DNA of 64,000 nt from a virus, in the IMG/VR virus record IMGVR_UViG_3300022223_000001, positions 4,805-68,804 of that record; one strand, given 5' to 3'. The notes under the pieces were generated by a model. The model was given only the letters and a program-made list of their open reading frames with translations. It did no database searches and was not told where the DNA came from. Position numbers and translations under genes: made by a program. The stretch's first letter is position 1; the number at the start of each line of letters is the position of its first letter. Of this stretch, positions 17,626-28,776 are shown one piece after another.

Positions 17626-18155
17626 GCCCACCTCCCGCTCGCCGGCATTCCGTTCGCCCGAGCCTGCTCGTAGCGGATGCGGTCGAACTGCACCCGCACC
17701 CGTTCGAAGACCTCGTCCGGCAGCCGCCACAGGCCTTGCGCGCCGCGGCAGGGCACGGGCTCGGGCAGCACGACTCGCCGTGATGCCGGCAGCTCCCAGC
17801 ACTCGGGACCGAACGCCCAGGGGTCAGAATGCACAGCGCTCTTCCCCGGCAGCGAGTAGGAGCCGGTCAGCCTGCAGAGCACCGTGATGACGCTGTCGGG
17901 ATGGTCGCCGGCCGGCGGCACCGCCTGCGCCGCAGACCCGAAGAAGCCGGCGCGCATGCGCTGCCATGCGCCATCGTCGAAGGCCTTGCCGGAGTGCAGG
18001 GCGACCCAGCCGCCGATCATCTGTCGCGGCGGCTTCCATCCGCGGTTCTCCACGCCCTTGGCTTCCGACTCGGGCAGATGCGTGAACGCCCACGGCCACG
18101 GGCGGTGCAGCGTCAGGCCGCGGATGATGCGGCCTTCGAGGGTGTGCTCAGGCAC
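17622..18155 (-). CDS. ASCH domain protein
   Basis: GLTLHRPWPWA...K.VENR.W...VALHSGK...WAFGP..W.L...PVPCRGAQGLW. Confidence 0.85.
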   Translation of the reverse strand: MPEHTLEGRIIRGLTLHRPWPWAFTHLPESEAKGVENRGWKPPRQMIGGWVALHSGKAFDDGAWQRMRAGFFGSAAQAVPPAGDHPDSVITVLCRLTGSYSLPGKSAVHSDPWAFGPECWELPASRRVVLPEPVPCRGAQGLWRLPDEVFERVRVQFDRIRYEQARANGMPASGRWA

Positions 18156-18357
18156 TGGTCACCGCCTTCGCGTAGCTCTCGGCAAGCAGTCCGATTGCCT
18201 CGGCGATTTCGACGAATTCGCACGGTGCCTCGACGCAGTTGCAGTCAGCGAAGTAGTGCTCTTTGGACCACGCGATCAGCTTCGCCAGTTGCTCTGCGCT
18301 CGGGGCGCGAGCCCTCAGCGACGCATCGATCGGTGGCTTGTTCGTGTGCTCAGTCAC
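18148..18357 (-). CDS. Hypothetical protein
   Basis: 69-aa coupled ORF. Confidence 0.4.
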   Translation of the reverse strand: MTEHTNKPPIDASLRARAPSAEQLAKLIAWSKEHYFADCNCVEAPCEFVEIAEAIGLLAESYAKAVTSA

Positions 18358-18364
18358 GTGTCGC

Positions 18365-20107
18365 CTACGCCGTTGCCTGTGATGCCGTTGCCTGCGACTT
18401 CTTCGAGGTCGTCTTACCGGCCGCGGCCTTCTTCTTCGTGGCGACTTTCTTCGCCGCGGCCATCTCCCCCTTCTTCGCCTCGGCCTTGCTGCTGGCCTTC
18501 CCGTTCTTCTTCGCCTTCGCCGCCTTGCGCTCCGCCTCGAGCGCCTTCTTGGCTGCCGCCTCGGTTTTCTTCAGGTCGACGCCGTACTCCTTGCACAGCG
18601 CCTTAAGTTCGTCCGAGGGCTTCCCTTCGCTGCCGCCCCAATGCACCTGGGTGGGCAACAGCGCCTCGAAGACCAGGCCGCGCAGCTCGCCCTCGGTCAT
18701 CTTGGCGATGTCCTTCTCCGCGTGTCCGAAAGCGTCGTTGGGCGACACATCCCCCGACCAGCCCCGGCGATCGGACATGTCGCCGCCGTAGTCGACGTCC
18801 ATGCGCGCGGCGTGTAGGGCCAGGGTGCGCCACAGCTTCGTCGTGGCCGCTCGCTTCTCGATGCGTTTCACCACCTCGCCGATGGCCAGGTCGTGCGCCT
18901 TGCGAGCGAGGTCGCGCGCGGTGATCGCCGCCGGCGCCGCTGCTTTGCCATCCGAAGCGCCGCCGTTGTCGTTGGCGGCCTGACCATCGGCGGTCTTGCC
19001 TCCGCTGCCGCCCGCGCCGGCGTTCTGCTTGCGAAAGTCGTGGCCAGCGTCGCGCAGCGCCCGGGCCAGACCCTTCGCAGTCACCAGCTCCACGATCTTC
19101 CCGCTCGGTGCCCGAGCGAGCGTTCGCGGGTGCTTCTTGCCGAGCAGGCGCGCGTAGGTGCGGTGCTTCGGGTCCTCGATGCAGTGCGACGCCATGTCGA
19201 CGTAGCCGCAGCCGACGGCGACCTGGTCGCTGCCGTAGGGAAAAATCTCTTTGAGCGCCTTCGCCGCGGTGATGACCTCCCACCCCTTCTCGCGCGCGTC
19301 GGCCTGCACGACCTTCCAGTGCGCGTCGAGCTTCGACTCGTAGCAGTTGGGCGCGGTGCACAGGTCGTCGCTGTCGACGTCGTCGAATAGCTCAGGTTGG
19401 TTGCCGGTCCGTTGCGGGCAGACCGAGCACGCGCCGGCCTTGTCGACCAGGTCGGGGTCGTCGGTCTTGAACGGCGCGTCGGCCAGCCGGAGCATGTACC
19501 GCTCGCGCACCAGCCGCGAAGCCTCGCGCGCGGTCGGCAGGTCGCCGCGAAAGTCGGGCTCCACGAGTTGCTGAACGGCCTTGTTCTGCAGCGCCTCGTC
19601 GGGGATGCGCGCCACCACGAGCGCCGAGGCCGCCGAGAGCTTGCCCCCAAGGAAGGCCTCCCGCCCGGCCTTGCTCAGCGCGCACAGCTGCAGCCGCTGG
19701 TAGATGTAGCCCGCCGGCCGGCCGACCTTCGCGGCCATGTCCGCCACGTTCACGCCACGCTCGCGCAGCCGCCGGTAGCCGTCCGCTTCGTCGAGCGGGT
19801 GCACGTCCTCGCGCTGCAGGTTTTCGACGAGCTGCGCCTCCTCGACCTCCTCGTCGGTCATCTCGGCGATGGTGACGGGTACCTCATCGAGGCCGATGGC
19901 CGTCGCCGCGCGCAGCCGCCGCGAGCCGAGCACCACCTCGTACTGCTTCGAGGAGTCGCTCTCGAGTGGACGCAGCCGCACGAGCAGCGCCTGCAGGACG
20001 CCGTGCTTCATCATGCTGTGCTGCAGCTCGCCGTCGCGCGCCTGGTCCACGATCTTCCGTGGATTGGTGAGCGACTCGTACAGCGCTTTGGTTGGCAGTT
20101 TTTCCAT
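18365..20107 (-). CDS. ParB/Spo0J-family protein (PRTRC ParB-like) with a Lys/Ala-rich tail
   Basis: NPRK, GVLQALLVR, GSRRLRAA, ENLQREDVHPLDEA, HTH, CSVCPQRTG...CTAPNCY. Confidence 0.88.
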   Translation of the reverse strand: MEKLPTKALYESLTNPRKIVDQARDGELQHSMMKHGVLQALLVRLRPLESDSSKQYEVVLGSRRLRAATAIGLDEVPVTIAEMTDEEVEEAQLVENLQREDVHPLDEADGYRRLRERGVNVADMAAKVGRPAGYIYQRLQLCALSKAGREAFLGGKLSAASALVVARIPDEALQNKAVQQLVEPDFRGDLPTAREASRLVRERYMLRLADAPFKTDDPDLVDKAGACSVCPQRTGNQPELFDDVDSDDLCTAPNCYESKLDAHWKVVQADAREKGWEVITAAKALKEIFPYGSDQVAVGCGYVDMASHCIEDPKHRTYARLLGKKHPRTLARAPSGKIVELVTAKGLARALRDAGHDFRKQNAGAGGSGGKTADGQAANDNGGASDGKAAAPAAITARDLARKAHDLAIGEVVKRIEKRAATTKLWRTLALHAARMDVDYGGDMSDRRGWSGDVSPNDAFGHAEKDIAKMTEGELRGLVFEALLPTQVHWGGSEGKPSDELKALCKEYGVDLKKTEAAAKKALEAERKAAKAKKNGKASSKAEAKKGEMAAAKKVATKKKAAAGKTTSKKSQATASQATA

Positions 20108-20124
20108 GTCTCGTTCTCCCTTTT

Positions 20125-20910
20125 CTAGGCCGCTTCGCTTTTTGTCGTGGCGCAGAACGCATCCAGCACGTCGGCTGCTGTTTCGATGTGATCGAGCACG
20201 TCGGCGAGTACGCTCTTCGCCTCGTCGGTCGACAGTTCCGCGCACTGCACGGTCCGAAGCGCGGCAGTGAAGTCGCGCAGTTTCTCTACGTCGGGCTTCA
20301 GAGCTTCGAGGCGGGCCGCCTCTTGCTTTTGGCGCTCGAGTTCTGCCAGTCGACGCGCTTCCTCGGCCTCGCGCTCACGCTCAGCGCGCTCGACGGCTTC
20401 CCGCTCTCTACGTACACGCGCGGCCTCGGCCTCCAGCGCTGCCTTCTGCTCAGCAAGCTTGCGCTGTTCTGCTTCGAGAGCTGCGCGCTCCTTCGCCAGG
20501 CGCGCCTCTTCAGCTTCGCGTTCGGCACGAAGCTTCGCCTCCTCGGCTTCACGCTCGGCACGAATACGCTCCTCAATCTCGCGTAGCCGGGCCTCTTCCT
20601 TCTCCCGCCTGATGCGGGCCCTCTCGTCGTCGACCGCTTGCTTCTTCGCCTTGAGGTCGCTTTCGATCGGCTCGATCAGCGCGACCAGCTTTTTGGCTTC
20701 GGCGTCGATCACCCGGCACAGTTCGAGCGGCTTCCGCTTCAGCTCTTTGCGCAGCGCCTCGATGCTGGTCCGAGCACCACGCCAATGAGCGATGCCCTTG
20801 CGGACCTTCTCGTAGCCTTCTGGCGTGTCAGTGGTGAGCGCCGCGTACTCGGCGCGCTTCGCCTCGATCTGTTCGGCGGTGATGTCGTACTGCACGATTT
20901 GCGTGGCCAT
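20125..20910 (-). CDS. Coiled-coil phage protein
   Basis: Long E/R/A-rich heptads; common next to phage recombination genes. Confidence 0.7.
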   Translation of the reverse strand: MATQIVQYDITAEQIEAKRAEYAALTTDTPEGYEKVRKGIAHWRGARTSIEALRKELKRKPLELCRVIDAEAKKLVALIEPIESDLKAKKQAVDDERARIRREKEEARLREIEERIRAEREAEEAKLRAEREAEEARLAKERAALEAEQRKLAEQKAALEAEAARVRREREAVERAEREREAEEARRLAELERQKQEAARLEALKPDVEKLRDFTAALRTVQCAELSTDEAKSVLADVLDHIETAADVLDAFCATTKSEAA

Positions 20911-20912
20911 CG

Positions 20913-21155
20913 CTATGCCAGTCCCTTCTTCTCCGCGATCCACTGCGTCACCACGAGCTTGCCCTCGGGCTCGTTCATCTCACCCGTCTCGGCGTCGTAG
21001 TAGAGTTCGCTGTCGTCGTGTACTTGCGAGTGCGGGATCCACATCTCGCCGCGCTCACCGAGGTCGTAGAGCGCCGCCTTTGCGCTGACGCTCAGAACCT
21101 TCACATCCTCGATCGGTACCCCCGGCTTGTCTTCGTCTCGAATCGTCCTCGGCAT
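20913..21155 (-). CDS. Conserved small phage protein
   Basis: KA.L......WIP.SQ.....G.L.V..W.A..KGL pattern. Confidence 0.6.
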   Translation of the reverse strand: MPRTIRDEDKPGVPIEDVKVLSVSAKAALYDLGERGEMWIPHSQVHDDSELYYDAETGEMNEPEGKLVVTQWIAEKKGLA

Positions 21156-21157
21156 CG

Positions 21158-22343
<1,186 letters not shown>

Positions 22344-22354
<11 letters not shown>

Positions 22355-22796
22355 GCGACCATTGCTCCCGTGATGCGATCTTCCTGACCTGCCGCGGATT
22401 GATGCCGTACCGCGCAGCGAGCTCTGCATTGGTTGCCCCCCCGACCTTTGCTTGGCGAATGTCCCTTACATCGGAGGGACGAAGCTTTGCGGCAGGGCGA
22501 GAGATCCGGCCTTTCCCACTCATGTCCCGCATGTTCTCTGCTTGAGTACCGAGGAACAGATGCCCTGGGTTGCAGCACGCCGGAACGTCGCAGTCATGAC
22601 AAACAAAGAGCCCGCCCGGGATTCGTCCGAACGTCAGCTCCCACGCCAGCCGATGAGCACGGATGAGTCCCTGGGATCGACGGCCGCGGCCGACCAAGCC
22701 GTATCCCCACGGATGTGTCGCGCCGGTCCAAAGCCAGCAGCCAGAGACCGTGTCGAATCGAAGCATGGCCCAGAAGCGCTCCGGTAGTGGTCGCAT
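22344..22796 (-). CDS. HNH homing endonuclease with C-terminal HTH
   Basis: RFW...GCWLWTG...GYG...AHRLAWE...VCHDCDVPACCNPGHLFLGTQAENMRDM. Confidence 0.9.
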
Positions 22797-22801
22797 CGCT
22801 T

Positions 22802-23725
22802 TCACGCCGCGCGCTCCTTGCCCTCGAGCAGCCGCCGCAGCGCCGCCGCACAGTCGGCCTCGGCGGTGTCGAGCTTCGACGGGTAGACCCGCCAACCCCG
22901 GCGCACTACCTGGCCCAACTTCACCGCCTCGAGTATTTGCGGCCCGATGCTGTCGGCCGGCACCTCAAGCAGTTTCGCTGCCATGTTCACCACCGCCTTG
23001 CCCGCCAGGTAGCAGTGGCCCGCCGAGCTGGCTTCGTGCAGCGTGTGCTCGACACCGGCTCGGATGCGGCTCGGTGCATCCGGCAGCACGCCCATCTTGC
23101 GAGCTACTGCGTCCGCGCGCAGGAAGCCAAAGCCGTGCACGAAGCGCGAGAGCTGGTAGGGGTCGTCGCGCAGCTGCTCGACCACCCGGTCGAGCCTCTT
23201 CCAAGCGTTCACGCACTGGCCGACCTGGTGGTCGGTGAGCCCCCAGCCGCGTAGCTTCACCATGGCGTCGCGCTCGGCCCGATGGCGCGCGTAGGCTTCG
23301 GTGATGGCCTTGAGGCGCTTTGCGTTGATGCCATCTACCTCGAGCAGGCGCTCGGGGTGTTGCTCAATGGTCTCCCACAGCGCATCGCCGAAACGCTCCA
23401 CGAGCGCCCGAGCCCGGCCCTCGCCGATGTCCGGCAAGCGCGAGGCCATCCACTTTGCCGCACCCTCGGCGCCCACCAGTTCGGCGGCCTCGCAGCGCCG
23501 AACCTTGAACTGCCGGCCGAAGCGTTGGTGGTCGGTCCAGTAACCCTCGACTGAGATGTGGTCGCCCACGTTTACGCCGAGCAGCTTGCCGACGACGGTT
23601 ACGTCGCGGTGCCTCGCTCCGGCTCGCACGCGCAGTGCACCACGGCCCCAGTGGTCGGCACCGAAGACGCGATGTGCGATCAGTTCGCCGCGCAGCGTTT
23701 CGATCTTGTGGCTGATGTCCGGCAT
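22802..23725 (-). CDS. recD2: RecD2-like N-terminal half (OB fold plus HhH)
   Basis: VVG.L...G....EG.W..H..FGRQF, IGEGRA..LV..FG, LLEVDGI..KR, DDPY.L....GFGF..AD.VA, RI.AG. Confidence 0.85.
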   Translation of the reverse strand: MPDISHKIETLRGELIAHRVFGADHWGRGALRVRAGARHRDVTVVGKLLGVNVGDHISVEGYWTDHQRFGRQFKVRRCEAAELVGAEGAAKWMASRLPDIGEGRARALVERFGDALWETIEQHPERLLEVDGINAKRLKAITEAYARHRAERDAMVKLRGWGLTDHQVGQCVNAWKRLDRVVEQLRDDPYQLSRFVHGFGFLRADAVARKMGVLPDAPSRIRAGVEHTLHEASSAGHCYLAGKAVVNMAAKLLEVPADSIGPQILEAVKLGQVVRRGWRVYPSKLDTAEADCAAALRRLLEGKERAA

Positions 23726-23886
23726 GGCGTGAGTCGGTGGGTGAGGGCGGGCGAGGGCGGGCGGGCGAAAGGAATCGGGACCAGTTCCAACGGTAGGAGG
23801 GGGTTCCGCCGCGCCGCTGGTCCCACCCAGCGCGACGGCCTCAGCGCGCACACCCGCGGCGCGCCGAAGTCTTTAGTGCGATGGCG

Positions 23887-24792
23887 CTAGATGGTGGCGG
23901 GCTCTTCGACGAAGTCCTCGCCCTCGTCCTTGGTGAAGTCGCCCGGGTCGAAGCTGGCGTCGCCGCCGCCGTTGCCGTCGCCGGTTTCGCGGCTGACCAC
24001 CTGGTCCTCGAGGCGCTGCAGCGACTCGGCCAACATCTCAGCCGCGCTCTTCGCTGCTTCATGCATTTGGTGGATGCGTTCCTTGGGCAATACAGCCACT
24101 TTCTGCAGCACTGGCAGGGCGTAGTTCTTGTGCGTCTTGGCGTCCAAGGTGATGCGGCACTCGAAAACGAAGAGCGGGTAGTCCTTCGCCACGCCCTTTA
24201 CAATGCGACGGCCGAGATGGTGCTTCTGCAAGTACAACTTGATGACGCCCTCGCTCGTCTTCTTGAAGCGGATGACGAAAGGCAGGCTCGTCTCGAACTC
24301 GATGCCCACGACGTTGTAAACGGTGCTGCAGTCGCGGCCGCGCTTGCCCTCGTCGTTTGCGGTCCACTTCGCGTGCGGACAACCATTGCAGCTGCGCGTG
24401 GAACCGTCCTCCATCTCGCCGGTTACGCGGTCCATGCTGCGGCAGCGAACCTCGGTGCGGTTTTCGTCGTTGTTGAACTCGCTCCAAAGATTTGACTTGT
24501 GGATGTGTAGCAACGCACAGTGAATTTCCTTCTGCGCGCGCTCGGCGATCGTGTCGAAGAAGGCATTGGGCGGCACGGGCTCGCCGTCCTCGTCAGTGCC
24601 CTTGAAGTTGAACACCTTCGCTGCAAGCTTGATTTCCTCGCTACCGATTTCATCGAGACCATCGACTTCAAACTCGAAATCTTCGCCGAGCCCCGCGAGT
24701 TCATCATTGGTCGGCAGCGCAAGCGCCGCGCTCGATCCGTTGTCGTCTTTGCTTGCGTTGCCGGCGCCGCCGGCGTTTTTCTTGGTTCCCAT
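23887..24792 (-). CDS. Putative ssDNA-binding or annealing protein with Zn site and acidic tail
   Basis: C.S.D...CxxCP...C motif; acidic C-terminus FDPGDF..DF; adjacent to exonuclease and RecD2. Confidence 0.55.
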   Translation of the reverse strand: MGTKKNAGGAGNASKDDNGSSAALALPTNDELAGLGEDFEFEVDGLDEIGSEEIKLAAKVFNFKGTDEDGEPVPPNAFFDTIAERAQKEIHCALLHIHKSNLWSEFNNDENRTEVRCRSMDRVTGEMEDGSTRSCNGCPHAKWTANDEGKRGRDCSTVYNVVGIEFETSLPFVIRFKKTSEGVIKLYLQKHHLGRRIVKGVAKDYPLFVFECRITLDAKTHKNYALPVLQKVAVLPKERIHQMHEAAKSAAEMLAESLQRLEDQVVSRETGDGNGGGDASFDPGDFTKDEGEDFVEEPATI

Positions 24793-24839
24793 GATTCAGT
24801 CCTCTCGGGTGTTTCGTTCGTCGTTGTCAGGGCAGGCCG

Positions 24840-26072
24840 CTACGCGACGTCGCCCAGCTCATCCAGGTCGAGGCCCTTGAGGGCCCCTTCAATCTGCTTC
24901 TTTTCCTCGCCCTTCGGCGCGTAGCCGGCGGTGAGGCACGGCGCCCTGAACGCGCAGCGCTTGCACTTCTCGCCGACCGATTCGAAGAAGCGGCCCATGC
25001 GCACCACGCCCACGACGTTGCGCACCAGGTGCTCGAGGCGCACGACGTCCCGCGCCGTGCGCCGCATCTGCCACCACGCCGGGCCGCGCCCGTCGCCCTT
25101 TTCGCAGGTGACCTCGCCCGGCTCGGTGAGACCGAAGAACTCCATTTCCTCGGGGCGATCGACGCGCTTCTTTTGCTTCCGCGTGTACGGCAGGTAGTCG
25201 CGCATGTGGACCACGTGCATCGACGAGGGGAACTCGTGGAAGCGCCGGCCGACGCTGACCTCGCCGCCGGTGTCCACCAGCTCGCGGCCCATCGCTACCA
25301 GCACCGCCTCCATGCCGGCGCGCTCCACTCGGAATCGACTCGAGCCCGTGATCTCGACACCATAGGGGCCCGTGGCTTTCCACCCGCCGACGCAGCCATC
25401 CTCGTCGACCACCTGCTCGATCTGCACCAGCTCGCGCGACAGGAAAATCCCGTCGTGCAGGGCGTTGGCGTAGAGCCCGCTCTCGAAGCCATGCTCGAGG
25501 TCGATGGGGTCGGGCCGCTGCTGCCCGGTCTTCCAGTCGCAGAAGGCGATGGTGTCCGGCGCTGACCGAGGCCGGTAGACGAGGTCCACGTGGCCTGCAG
25601 TCCAGTAGTCGCCGAGTGGCGCGATGAACCCGGCCTCAACCTCGACGACCTCGGCGACATGGTTGTGCAGGTCGTTGAGCAGCGCGACCGTCATCCACAC
25701 GGCGTCCTCGACTACCTTGTCCGGGCTGTCCTTCGGTCCCCATGTGAGCTCGCGGCCGCCGCCCGCGCGCACCATCTCCTGCTGAAACACATCGCGCACG
25801 GGCCCAGTCGCCACGGGCCTGCCGGCGAGCAGCGCTTCGCGCATCTCCGGGTTGTTCAGCGCACGCGCGATCGTCTCGTGCGAGGCGTTGCCGATGCAGG
25901 CCTTGCCCGACACCGTCTCACGCTCGGGGCGCTCCGTCTCCTGCATCGAGTAGCGAAACGCGCGCAGGCAGCCGAAATTGCCGGTGATCGACGAGAGCTG
26001 GCTTTTGTGGATGGGGTCGTCAAGCGTGCCCCAGCGTTGATGATTCCACTTTCCGTTGGTGTTGCTCGCCAT
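24840..26072 (-). CDS. PD-(D/E)XK RecB/Cas4-like exonuclease
   Basis: SQL...C.R.F, IGNASHE, GHVDLV, DWKTG, CKRCAFRAPC Fe-S-like Cys cluster. Confidence 0.85.
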   Translation of the reverse strand: MASNTNGKWNHQRWGTLDDPIHKSQLSSITGNFGCLRAFRYSMQETERPERETVSGKACIGNASHETIARALNNPEMREALLAGRPVATGPVRDVFQQEMVRAGGGRELTWGPKDSPDKVVEDAVWMTVALLNDLHNHVAEVVEVEAGFIAPLGDYWTAGHVDLVYRPRSAPDTIAFCDWKTGQQRPDPIDLEHGFESGLYANALHDGIFLSRELVQIEQVVDEDGCVGGWKATGPYGVEITGSSRFRVERAGMEAVLVAMGRELVDTGGEVSVGRRFHEFPSSMHVVHMRDYLPYTRKQKKRVDRPEEMEFFGLTEPGEVTCEKGDGRGPAWWQMRRTARDVVRLEHLVRNVVGVVRMGRFFESVGEKCKRCAFRAPCLTAGYAPKGEEKKQIEGALKGLDLDELGDVA

Positions 26073-26092
26073 GTCAGTCGCTCCGTGGGTTC

Positions 26093-26475
26093 AAAAAATG
26101 GATGGGCCAGCCGCCCGAGCCGCGCCGAGGGACAGGGATTGACGGCGCAAGGGGGCCCAGGCGGCTGGCCCAAAGTTAGGTGCCGGTCCCCGCCGCTCCC
26201 AGAAGCGGTCCAATGCGACCAGGGCGGGGGTGTGGAGCGTTAGCCTCAGACCGGCGTTCAAGCATGTGCCCGGCTCCACCAGGGGATCGCAACTAGTGGT
26301 CTCACTGCGATCGGTGTCGATTGTTTTGGGACAGCGGGCCTCGTCAGCCAATCCACCACGACACAACGTCGTTGCTGGTCTCTCCCAGCGGTCCCTGCTT
26401 TGTCCCGACCTCCCGGTATCGGCCGCTGACAGAGGGCAATGCAGGCCCCTGCAGGAAGCGCTGCCACGCTTCGGA
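26093..26475 (-). ncRNA. Candidate structured RNA or leader with several stem-loops, ending in a U-tract
   Basis: Stems 26103-26115/26160-26172, 26182-26188/26249-26255, 26285-26291/26306-26312, 26328-26333/26401-26406, 26455-26460/26467-26472; G-U pairs favour the minus strand. Confidence 0.5.
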
Positions 26476-26485
26476 CGCAAACCCA

Positions 26486-26779
26486 TCAGTGCACCCGCCC
26501 GCTGCGCGTCGACGCGCTCACCGCGCCGCCGACGGTCGCTCCGCGCACAGGCGCGTAGCCGTGTTGCTCAAGCCAGGGCGTAACCTGGTCAGACGGCAGT
26601 TCGAGTACTCCCAGGACGAGGTGCCAGCGTGCCATCTGATCCGCCGCACTTTCGAGCCCCACCACGAGCGCGACCGCGGTTGCTTGAGAAAACCGGAAGG
26701 AGTGCCCCTGCTCGAGGAGGATCGAAGCGGCGGACTTCTGCGCGCCGTCGCGGCGCTGCTGGCGCTCTTCGGGGGCCAT
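26486..26779 (-). CDS. Hypothetical protein
   Basis: MAPEERQQ ORF coupled to the upstream gene. Confidence 0.45.
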   Translation of the reverse strand: MAPEERQQRRDGAQKSAASILLEQGHSFRFSQATAVALVVGLESAADQMARWHLVLGVLELPSDQVTPWLEQHGYAPVRGATVGGAVSASTRSGRVH

Positions 26780-27231
26780 CACGCGGCCTCCGACAGCTGC
26801 TCGCCGGACCAAGCATTCAAGCCGCGAACCTCGGCCGGCACGTCCGGGTCGTCGATACCCCCATAGCCGAGCAGGTAGAGCGCGCACTCGTAGCTGCCGG
26901 CCACCACCAGCGGCTCGTAGCCGGGCGCGCCCTCGAGGACCCACACGACCCCGCGGTGCGTCTCGCACAGTTCCGGCCCGCAGGCGCTGCAGTCCGCCGG
27001 CACAGTGCCATCGCCGTCCCCGTAGCCGTCGACACAGGTTGGGCACGGCAACGAGTACTCGCGATCGCCCTCGAGGAACCACGCGACAAGGTCGCCGTCG
27101 CAGTGCGGGCACGGCTCGCGCAAGCCGCGCTCGTGAGCGTCAATGCAGGCGTGCACGGTGGCCAGCTGACCATTCCACGCGCGGAACTTGACCGAACGCA
27201 CGGGCTCGTAGATGCGGCCGAGCGCGCTCAC
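26779..27231 (-). CDS. Cys-rich (Zn finger) hypothetical protein
   Basis: CPHC, CPTC, CSAC. Confidence 0.5.
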   Translation of the reverse strand: MSALGRIYEPVRSVKFRAWNGQLATVHACIDAHERGLREPCPHCDGDLVAWFLEGDREYSLPCPTCVDGYGDGDGTVPADCSACGPELCETHRGVVWVLEGAPGYEPLVVAGSYECALYLLGYGGIDDPDVPAEVRGLNAWSGEQLSEAA

Positions 27232-27494
27232 GCGGCCCTCCGACTGCCGACGACGGCAGCGAGCTTCGGCGACAGCGCCGGCGCCGACGTGATGTTGGCG
27301 CGGGCCCAGGCCCGGAAGCCCGGCCCGCGCAGGCGAGCGATGCTTCCGCGGCCCGCACAGGCGGGACACTTGACCGCCACGATCGAACCGGCGTCGAGTT
27401 CGCCGCCGCCATCACAAGCGCGGCATTCTTCGCGGACAAGGTACTCGCGCCGGTAGCGGCGACGGGCGATGTGCTGGGTCTTGATGGAGTTCAC
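27228..27494 (-). CDS. Small DnaJ-type Zn finger protein
   Basis: CRACDGGG and CPACAGRG. Confidence 0.55.
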   Translation of the reverse strand: MNSIKTQHIARRRYRREYLVREECRACDGGGELDAGSIVAVKCPACAGRGSIARLRGPGFRAWARANITSAPALSPKLAAVVGSRRAA

Positions 27495-27802
27495 GCCGCC
27501 TCCGAGGCAAGCTCAGGGTGAGGCAGCGCGACCGAAGCAGCCGGTGGCGGCTCGAGCGGCGACGTGGGGGGGGCGGCTGTGGCCGTGGGCGTGGGCGTCG
27601 AGAAGTTGCCTAGCGCGCGGCGAAGGCGACGTCGAAGGCGAGCCGCGCAGGCCTGGCAGCAGGTGCTACCGGCCGCGGCGCCGCAGCGCAGGCACAGGGC
27701 CTCGGTCGGGTGCGGCGAGGCGGGGGCCTCGGCGAGGTGGGTGGGTGGCGCGGGATGGGTGGCCCCGGTGGATGCTGACGGCGTGGATGGCGGGTGTGCC
27801 AT
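27491..27802 (-). CDS. First gene of the leftward early operon, Pro-rich with a Zn knuckle
   Basis: AGGAGG RBS before ATG 27802; CLRC...CQAC. Confidence 0.5.
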   Translation of the reverse strand: MAHPPSTPSASTGATHPAPPTHLAEAPASPHPTEALCLRCGAAAGSTCCQACAARLRRRLRRALGNFSTPTPTATAAPPTSPLEPPPAASVALPHPELASEAA

Positions 27803-27834
27803 GGGTTCCTCCTGTCTTCGTTGGGACGAGGAGA

Positions 27835-27875
27835 AGCATGACAAACGTAATGCACAGAGTCAATACGACTGTCAT
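27835..27875 (-). promoter_or_regulatory. PL-like sigma70 promoter with two operator-like sites
   Basis: Minus strand TTGACT-N17-CATGCT; ATGACAAACGTAAT (27838-27851, +) and ATGACAGTCGTATT (27862-27875, -). Confidence 0.7.
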
Positions 27876-28452
27876 AAAAAAATTGTCCGCCGGCGCATGA
27901 TCCGCTCATATGAGTGCTAATTGAGCGCAGGACCCATGCAATGCGCAGATCACCCAAGGCCCTGCACACCGAGGCGGCCGGGGTCAGCCGGGCCGCGGGC
28001 GGACGGGCCGTAACTGTCTGGCGTGGCCGCGCTAGCGCGCTACGACGCCAGGGACCGGAAGCGTGCGCACAACGCTTCTGTCACGCGCTACGTCATCCAA
28101 CAGAAGAATTGCCTCGCGCTCATCGGCAGCGGTCGCGGGCTGTGGGTAGTGCAGGAGCCCGCCGTCGACATGGGGACGGCACACAGACTCGTCGGCCCAG
28201 ATTCCCGCCCGTGCCCGGACTAGGGCCCCCTTCAGATCACGGCTGAACTCCCTACCCCTATTTGGCATCGCAACTCACAGCCTAGCGCTGCCACAGATCT
28301 GACACAACGGCAGGTTTGCTACCCCCAAAATCTGCCGGTATGCAGAAAATGGACGGTGAGGGGCGAAGGGAAAACTACCCGAACGTTGTGGGGTGTGACC
28401 CGGCTAACAATCTGTGCCTCAAGTGTCGCCCGAAAAGAGCGAAGAGGCAGGC

Positions 28453-28776
28453 ATGAAGTACGTGATTAATTTGAGGAAATTGCGCATCGACGCGATCTCC
28501 TCTGACGACCCGGACGAACTGGAGCTGTCCATTGTCCTGCCGCTCCGCGGCCGCATCAGCGACTTGCCCGGGCCGATCACCGGTGCGCTTACGCGGCGCC
28601 AGGCGGATGTGCTGAAGCTGATCGCGTGGGGACGCACCATCGCAGAGGTGGCCGACGAACTCGACGTGGGAGAGTCGACGATCGCGAAGCACCTGAAGCT
28701 GGCCTACGCGCGCCTGGGCACACGGAATCGCTCGGAGACCCTCAGGCTGATACGCGACGCCTGGTCACGACGCTGA
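28453..28776 (+). CDS. LuxR/GerE-type HTH transcriptional regulator
   Basis: LTRRQADVLKLIAWGRTIAEVADELDVGESTIAKHLKLAYARLGTRNR. Confidence 0.85.
   Translation: MKYVINLRKLRIDAISSDDPDELELSIVLPLRGRISDLPGPITGALTRRQADVLKLIAWGRTIAEVADELDVGESTIAKHLKLAYARLGTRNRSETLRLIRDAWSRR

Noticed and set aside
24840-26072. CRISPR-associated Cas4
   Set aside because: No cas1/cas2 or array; context is a phage recombination module
27914-28270. Small ORFs between PL and luxR
   Set aside because: Several competing short frames with no motifs or clear RBS
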